Shown here: positions 56,536 to 64,000 of the stretch, piece by piece
Position numbering within the stretch: position 1 is the first letter of the stretch
Layout of the letters: the number at the start of each line of letters is the position of its first letter
Assembly: GCA_964016885.1 (NCBI GenBank)
Contig: OZ024742.1
Coordinates: forward strand, 135,532,001 to 135,596,000
Length of the DNA stretch: 64,000 nucleotides
Source of the DNA: Eledone cirrhosa
Taxonomy: Eukaryota
Direction: 5' to 3'
Notes under the pieces: generated by a model
Databases searched by the model: none
What the model saw: the letters and a program-made list of their open reading frames with translations, nothing else
Told to the model about the DNA's origin: nothing
Made by a program: the position numbers and the translations under genes

Positions 56536-59500
56536 CATAGACACACACTTACAGACATACTTTCACAGTGATACAATCTAAGACACACAGACACAATTAC
56601 TATGAAGAGTATAAAAAAAATAATAATAAAAAAAAGCCGTAAAGAGGAAGAGACGAAGAAAATTGGGGAGAAAGAAGAAGATAACTTGATGTTGTTGTTG
56701 TTGGTGGTGGTGGTGGTGGTGGTGGTGGTGGTGGTGGTGTTGTTGTTGTTGGTGCTGGTAGTGGTGCTGCTGTTGGTGTTGTTGTTGTTGGTGGTGGTAA
56801 TGGTAGTGGTGCTGGTAGTGGGGCTGGTGTTGTTGTTGTTGTTGTTGCTGGTGGTGGTGGTGGTAGTGGTAGGAGTTTGCTTTATTATATAGACTATTTG
56901 AAATAGGTGCGAGGATGGTATGGTTGGTGTTGTAATTTTTGTAAGAAATTTTCTTAGTTGGAAGGTCAAATCCAGTTTGTGACCTTTAAGAAAATTACCA
57001 AAGATTACCGACTGCTCTAGGTCATCCACCCCAACCCCACTATTACCCCCCTTTCTCCATCTTTTGTCAATAGAATAGTCGTATAGTGGTTCCGGTTATT
57101 TCGGGGTGGTAGTAATGGTAGTGGTGGTAGTAGTAGTGGTGGTTATGGTGGTTGTATTAGTGCATGTGCCTGGCTGGTTAGTTATAGTCATACAGTGATT
57201 CCGGAGATAGAAATTGTGGTAGTGGTTGTAGTGGTTGTGGTGGTTGTAGTAGTACTTCTGTTTGGTGGATTATAGACGAATAGTTGAAACAAGTGGTGAT
57301 AATAGTGGTTTTTGTTGAAGTTTTGGTAGTAGTTGCTACATTGTTTTCATGATGGTGGAGATGATGACGGTTGTGGTTTTACTGTTAGTAGTTTGATGAT
57401 ATTTTTGTTCTTTGTTTGACGATAACGTTGATTGTGATGTGTAACTGCGTTTAGTTAATGGTGGGGGATGTTGGTCCAGCTGTTTAGTTTGATGGTGGAC
57501 GAAGTACTGGCATTGCATTGTCATATAGCTCCAATGTAGCCTTGATCGAACCAACGTATTATCAAAATTATTGAAGTTGTGAAGATTTCGGTTTTTTCAA
57601 TGGATTATATCGTCTAATTTGTAAGTTTTAAAAACAAAATTGGCTGTTATTTCTAGCATATCTTGTACCCATGTAGCACTTTGGTACGTTAGTGTTAAAA
57701 AGGTTTAGCTTTTTGGGGGTGGTGGTTATGTAGATTATGTGGTGGCCCTGTTTTATTGTTGTTGTTATTATGGTTTAAACTCAGAGCAATCCGTTCAAAT
57801 GCGTTCTAATCATAATCATCCAATTTTTTGCTAATATGGTATGTTATCATTGAAGAATTTGGCTAGCGAACGGTTTGTAATGCTTTTTGCTCCATGTCCA
57901 CCCACAACACACCAACATATTTGATACATCCTTAAATGTATTGTCTTTAAAAAAAAATGATGTATCGTAAAATTGATAAAATTCGCCTCATCTCTGATTT
58001 CTCGGGCATGTGCCCCACGTTATGAATCACTGTCATAAAGGATCTCAGTGATGGTCATAATGGTGGTGATGGATGTGGGAGTGTTAGTGGTGATATTAAT
58101 ATTGAATGTAGTGGTGGTAATATTGACGGTGGAGAGGGAGATAATGATGATGACAACGACGATGACAATGACGATAATGATGAAGAAATCTGTGCTAATT
58201 CTTTAGTGATTTTAGCTCTTAAGTTGGCTAATAACGGCAATTTGGACGAAACGTCTCAATTGATTGCTCTCATTATCGTACGCATGTGGATGGTACTGTT
58301 GGTGGTTGAGCGGTAGGATGGTGTGGCTCTAAGAGTGGGAGAACTAAAATTAGTATTGTTGTTTTTTTTGTCAACGTTGTTTAGTGAGCAAACCTATAAT
58401 TAAAGTTATTCCGAACGTGACCACCCTCACTTTTTTTCAAACAATGTCTAGTCTACAGTAATCAATGCAATTTTCTTTTTAAGAATTCATATTGTAACGT
58501 GAGGAATATTTGGCTGCTATTTTCACAAGAAACTGAACCGCTGTACCTTCTCTCTGGTTAGGTTATGTTGTTTGATGATTGCTGATATTGTTATAGCTGT
58601 TAATGTTTTATTGCGAGGTGGGAAACAGGCTTGTAGTTGATAACTTATAGAATTTCTATTGTGTTAATAATGGAGGTGGTTGTGTTTGTAGAGAGGGTAC
58701 ATGTTTCAATGATGAAGATTGCTGGCTGCGGTGGTTGAGTTGGTGTCTAAGAAAGTTATGTAGGCAATGGAGGTATTTGTGTAGACAGTAGAAATATTTG
58801 TGATGACAGATGTGATAGTGGTGTTGGTGGTAGATATATGTCTGCAAATGGTGGAGGTGATTTTGCCGGTGATTAAATTGTTTTTTGCTAGGGATTTAGA
58901 TAGAATTGTTTGTAATGGACATAGTTGGTTTGGAGGAGAATGTAGTTGTGTTTGTAATGGAAGTAATTAAATTGATAGTGGAGTTATTTGTGATTGTTTT
59001 GGAAGTGATTGTATTATTGCTTGAATTAGCTATGTTGGTAACATTTTCGGAATCCTTGTTTTCTGTTATTTGTATTTGCCTTTGTTCTTTAGTGTGACAA
59101 CAGTTTAACATTGAAGAATTAAACACGATCCACAGTACATCATTCCCTGAGATACTACCTCAGAGGACCACACTGCATATTTCAATAAATATTTCTTCTT
59201 TTATTTTCACCGCAAGGAGAGTAGTACAGTTTTCTTGATATGTTGTTTCCTGACCAATCCGTTGTGCATGTTTCATTACTTCATGTTTTGATCATAACTC
59301 TACCAAAGATAAAAAATGTATGCTCAACATTGACATAGTTAGTGTAGAGGCGCGCGACTTAATGATTATTGTGTTATGCTCACGATCTTAAAGTTGAGTT
59401 CTACACCCAGCGGTGTGTTGCGTCCTTGAATAAATCTTTTTATTCCACTCAGCTGGAAAGAATAGTTGTACTTTTGTTACAGAAGACCCGCCTTGCACAG

Positions 59501-59656
59501 TTTGTCAGGCTGAATCCCCAGAGGGATTCCGTTATGAATGCGTGTACCTAACACAACTAGAACACTCCTCATCAGACCCGAAAGAAGCCCAACACAACAC
59601 ATAAATTGCTTTGTTGTTGTTGTTATTATCATTATCATTATTGTTATTATGGACAG

Positions 59657-59813
59657 CATGCTTTGCAGCATAGAGTTACGCGCTTTCACGGTCTGAGTTC
59701 AAATCCCGCCGAGGTTAACTTTGCCTGTCATCCTTACGGGGTCGATAAAATAAAGTACCAGTAATGTACTAGGATAATTGCTGGCCTTGTGCCAAAAGTA
59801 GAAACAATTATTG
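59657..59813 (+). mobile_element. SINE family A, 5'-truncated (further decayed pieces near 14985, 18085-18290, 37530, 61690 and 62135)
   Basis: ATGCTTTGCAGCATAGAGTTAC..GAGTTCAAATCCCGCCGAGGTTAACTTTGCC..GGCCTTGTGCCAAAAGTAGAAACAATTATT. Confidence 0.85.
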
Positions 59814-60543
59814 TTATTTTCCGGTTGTTTTCATTGTTTTCATTGTTGTTCTTATTTTCAGTAATGATTTGACAACTCTGATGGAGCAGGCCACTGATCA
59901 TACCATTCTAGCAGTGTCCACCCCCGGGAATGTCTGGAACTATGTTATCCAAATTGTTCATATATTAATTTCAAAACGATTCAGTTGGTTTTACTAGCAG
60001 GTTGTATAGTTTCCCACACGGTCTATAAGTAGTATCAGCCGCAATAGCACAGATATAAACTGTTTAAGAGGGAATCAACAACCGGGAAATGTCTCGTCCA
60101 CATTTCTCACCTTACAGAATTGTAGCGATTAAGAAACAGGATAGCATAATTATAATGGCGGAAAGAGTGAATGGGAGAGGGTTATACGGCGCTCGGGTTT
60201 CAGTGTGTGTATGAAGGGGTGTATAATCAGTGCTGGTAAATAAACAAGATCCCATTCCCCTTCACACAGACACACGCACAGACATAAATATCTTCTGACA
60301 TACCACTATGGTGGTCAACAAATGGGAGTATTAGTTAGGAAAGACAGTTGAGGTTGAGAGAATAAAACAGTTTATATTTCGTGTTCTTATAGCTCTGTGG
60401 TACATTGTATTGCTTAGTCAAGAGAAATATTGGCGTTCATGGCCATTTCTATATAGAGCACCTTAGATTAATTAGGACGGGGGAAAGATGGGGGAGGGCA
60501 AATTATTTTCAAACCGGCAATGGATTATGTGTAATGTCCAAAT

Positions 60544-60711
60544 TATAGTATTTCCCGGCATCGAAGACGCTACTTTTTTCCTAAAATAAGTCTCAAAGAT
60601 GCGTCCTGGAGGACGAAGGTTGTTTATTTATTTTTTTGTTCAAATTTGTGGTTGTCAAAATTAAGGTGCGTCCTCGAGGACGAAGCGTCGTAGGCGCCGA
60701 GAAATACGGTA
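60544..60711. mobile_element. Tc1/mariner-pogo-like MITE
   Basis: Imperfect TIRs TATAGTATTTCCCGGCATCGAAGACGC / GCGTCGTAGGCGCCGAGAAATACGGTA with TA ends; internal repeat TGCGTCCT.GAGGACGAAG occurs twice. Confidence 0.65.
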
Positions 60712-62457
60712 ACTACAGTACAGCAACATTTTAACTCAGAATGCCAAAATCCCCAAAAATACATTAAGTCCGACACTCTACCGACCCTATCATAGGGTAA
60801 TAACTCATCGAATGATAAAAGGAGAAGTTGACATTGACGGTATGTTAACACAGAACGCAAACACCACCTTAATGAATCTGCCAATGGCAGACACCGAGCT
60901 AGATGTGTTGAACTATTTCATAGCATTCCCTTTCATTTTACTCCAAATGGCAAAGGATTGAAATTAGTTTTCATCTCACCCGGATGACAGGATCTCGTAA
61001 TATGACGGAAATGAAGAAAAAAATAGTCCCAGAGTAATAAACCGCAGACAACATCATCTAATCACAAACACACGCACGCACGCAGACATAGATAAATACA
61101 CTAAAACACGGACAGGCGTAATACCACCAGTACGCAAATTATGTCACAATCAAAAGCAAAGACAACATAACCACCAGAAACTACTTCCTTACATCCTTCA
61201 CTATTGCTTAGTCAAGAGAAAAGCCACAAGTTCATTAAAAAAAACTACCACAAACAATATTAAAATCGCCATCACAAACATAATTATCCCACCCTCTACA
61301 GTCGCTAAAAGAAATAATAGACAGAAAATGAGCCAAAGCACCATCATCTCATCTATAGCAGTGCTAACGTAATCTATAGCAGTGATTAGCCTAACGAAGA
61401 ATATGCACGATTGGAATATATCCAAAACGTTATCCGACTTGCTAGAAACAGCAGTCATAGCACCTACAAATTACACTCTACCATCATGACACATTAGATA
61501 ATAGCCATGTATGTATTGACTCGTAACGCCTGATCGATACGTAGGGGTGTCGTAGTCACCTGCGGCGTCTCTCGAGCATTTTAAGCCTGGTAGAGCCCAT
61601 CTCTTCTCCAGATCAGAACACAGAATATTTCTTTCAATGAATGAGAGAGAGGAATTTAGAAAGAGATACATAGACGAATTGATCCCAGTACTAGACTAGT
61701 ACTTTTTTGTCGACCACGAAATGATGAAAAGCAAAGTTTCCCTCCGTGGGATTTGATCTCAGAGAGCAAACAGACGAGAAGAGGAATACCACAAAGCATT
61801 CTATCTGTCATTCGAATGATTCTGGAAATTTGCAGTCTTACACGAACTAAGAGGCTGATGGCGATGGCTGAATATATTTTATCATAGACAGCACAGTCAT
61901 GGTTGACTAGTGGCTAAACAACAACGTTAAATTATAATCACCACTATCATTAACAATTGAAAACAGAATGTCTATAATTTATCATATCTCAATCGAACAA
62001 CACTACTACTACAACAAATGGTAACACAATCACAACCAACAATATAAGCACGACCAACAATGACACAAAACTAATAATAACAAAGCAACAAAAGCAATAC
62101 TCCACGACATCACAGCCAACAATAATGGTTTCTAATTTTGGCATAAACCCAGTAATTTGGAGGGAAGGGTAAGTCGATTATATCGACCCCAGCGTGTGGG
62201 TATGAAATTCAAGCTCAAATCACACTTTTGGGGGAGACAAGTCAAAATTAGCTAAAGGAAGCCAATTCTAACTTATGAAGTTTGCTTTTAGCATATTTTG
62301 AGTTGTATCACCCCCACCCCTGCCCCAAAGTGCAATTTGGGCTTAAATTTAATATTTTAAAAATTTGTCTGAGCGGATTATTGGTATATTAATTTATTGT
62401 CCTTTCAATGTCCTTTCGAATTGTATTAGAGACAATTACATTATAAGGTTGTAAATT

Positions 62458-62516
<59 letters not shown>

Positions 62517-62518
<2 letters not shown>

Positions 62519-62963
62519 TAGACCTGAAAAATGCGCAAGCTCAAAAGAGTAACAGAATGTTATAATAAACCTTCAAAAGTGTGGGACTAGAGTTGTTGCT
62601 CAAAAATATTGTAATCATTATCTATCGTACACTCTGTGGCACCCTTTTATAAAAAAGAGACTCCATAACGAACTCAAGACGACACGATAATTATTTAATC
62701 TAATGTTCAATATCTCATATTAGATGCTTAGTAATGATTAATACGAAATGCTCTTAAACCGAATTTTATATTATAAATTCACTTAAATAATTATCGTGTC
62801 GTCTTGAATTCGTTATGAGTCTCTTTTTTATAAAAGGATGTCACAGGGTGTACGATAGATAATGATTAAACTATTTTTGAGCAACAACTCTCGTCATACA
62901 CTTTTGAAGGTTTATTATAACATTCTGTGGCTCTTTTGAGCTTGCGCATTTTTCAGGTCTAGT
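62517..62963. mobile_element. Fold-back element with ~180-bp arms abutting (TA)n
   Basis: 62517-62698 / 62783-62963 are inverted, with scattered mismatches. Confidence 0.8.
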
Positions 62964-63907
62964 TTAATATTTTTTTAAGGCAACGCTTGTAATAACTCTA
63001 GTTAAACAGGATATATATTAATAATAAATTATTGTTTCAATCTAATTAGATTATATAATTATTATTTTATAAATGATCTTATAAATATTATTGTAAGATG
63101 TATAAAAATATTTTCAGAGTTTTAATATAAACAACTACAAAATACAATCAATATTAAATAAATATATTTTACATAATAATTGTTATAGTTGAATTAATAA
63201 AAATTAAATATTACATACAAATAGTCTAACATAATAATAATAAAATAATCTAATATAAAACGAACAATAATATGGACATATATATAAGTAAATATGATAC
63301 AACCAATATTCTAAGCATGTTATAACGAACTGAAAAAAATAGTTAATATAAGTTTAAAAAATCATATGTAAATTAACAATATAACTTACCAAAATGAGAA
63401 AAATATTTTGATGATAAAACGACAAAATACAGGAGAGAGATTCGAAAGCGAAACGGTAAATAAACGTGAAAACAAAACGCTTTTGAGCAACAATTACTCT
63501 CGTTGGTTGATTAGCCAATAAGACGATGAAATTAGCCAATAAGACGATACATTACGAAACATGTTTGGAAGGAATCGCCACGGCCAGCGATACCCCTTGA
63601 ATCTTTATTCACAAGCTACGCATATATTGTCAGACAATATGCAGACTTAAAACATGTTGTTGTTAGTCACTGCGTGTCTAACAGATATATATATAGAGAA
63701 TATTTAAGTATCGAGAGAGAGAAGAAGAGATAAGCGATACATATATTTAGTTGCCAATAGCTTGTGCAAATGTGATCAATACTTGTGCCTACAGGGTTAA
63801 ATATTAGAAGCGTTAATATCTAGCGGTCGAGAACATAAGCAGAGCGGTTACAAGTGGAATGAATACAAATAAGTATATATACCATATCATTTTTTTTTGT
63901 TTTCTAT

Positions 63908-63947
63908 GCCCTTGAGAAGCCCTTTTTGGGCGAAACGTACGTAGGCG
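63908..63947 (+). ncRNA. Hammerhead ribozyme, U3-A8 core variant
   Basis: GCCC-TTGAGAA-GCCC-TTTTT-GGGC-GAAA-CGTACGTA-GGC: palindromic stem III ACGTACGT, GUA site, short stem I. Confidence 0.65.
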
Positions 63948-64000
63948 AATTTTTTTATATAAACATGTTTTAACGGTATATACTCCTTTGTATTCATTCC

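Noticed and set aside
55639-57029. Poly-His, poly-Met and poly-Thr/Val ORFs
   Set aside because: Trinucleotide repeat read-throughs.

Overview
Gene-poor, AT-rich animal genomic DNA. The huge (TA)n/(CA)n/(TACA)n/(GAT)n tracts and the SINE/LINE content suggest a cephalopod such as Octopus (inference only). I see no host gene I can support; almost all ORFs in the track are microsatellite read-throughs. The real content is mobile DNA: (1) a 5'-truncated but open Penelope-like element (PLE; RT plus C-terminal GIY-YIG, CxCx5C linker, inverted 5' pseudo-LTR) at about 45.4-49.4 kb, plus three other PLE fragments; (2) a near full-length, frameshifted RTE-type LINE with C-terminal C2H2 fingers and several short derivatives; (3) two CRE-like 3' ends, tRNA-derived SINEs, a MITE and a 3.3-kb 21-bp minisatellite. 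The most striking signal is a swarm of more than a dozen type-I hammerhead ribozyme motifs of unrelated sequence. They sit in short non-coding islands inserted in (TA)n tracts, often as fold-back palindromes. Some carry the compensatory U3-A8 core. In one three-copy family the inversion is centred exactly on ribozyme stem II. All structures were read by eye and coordinates are accurate to within a few bases.
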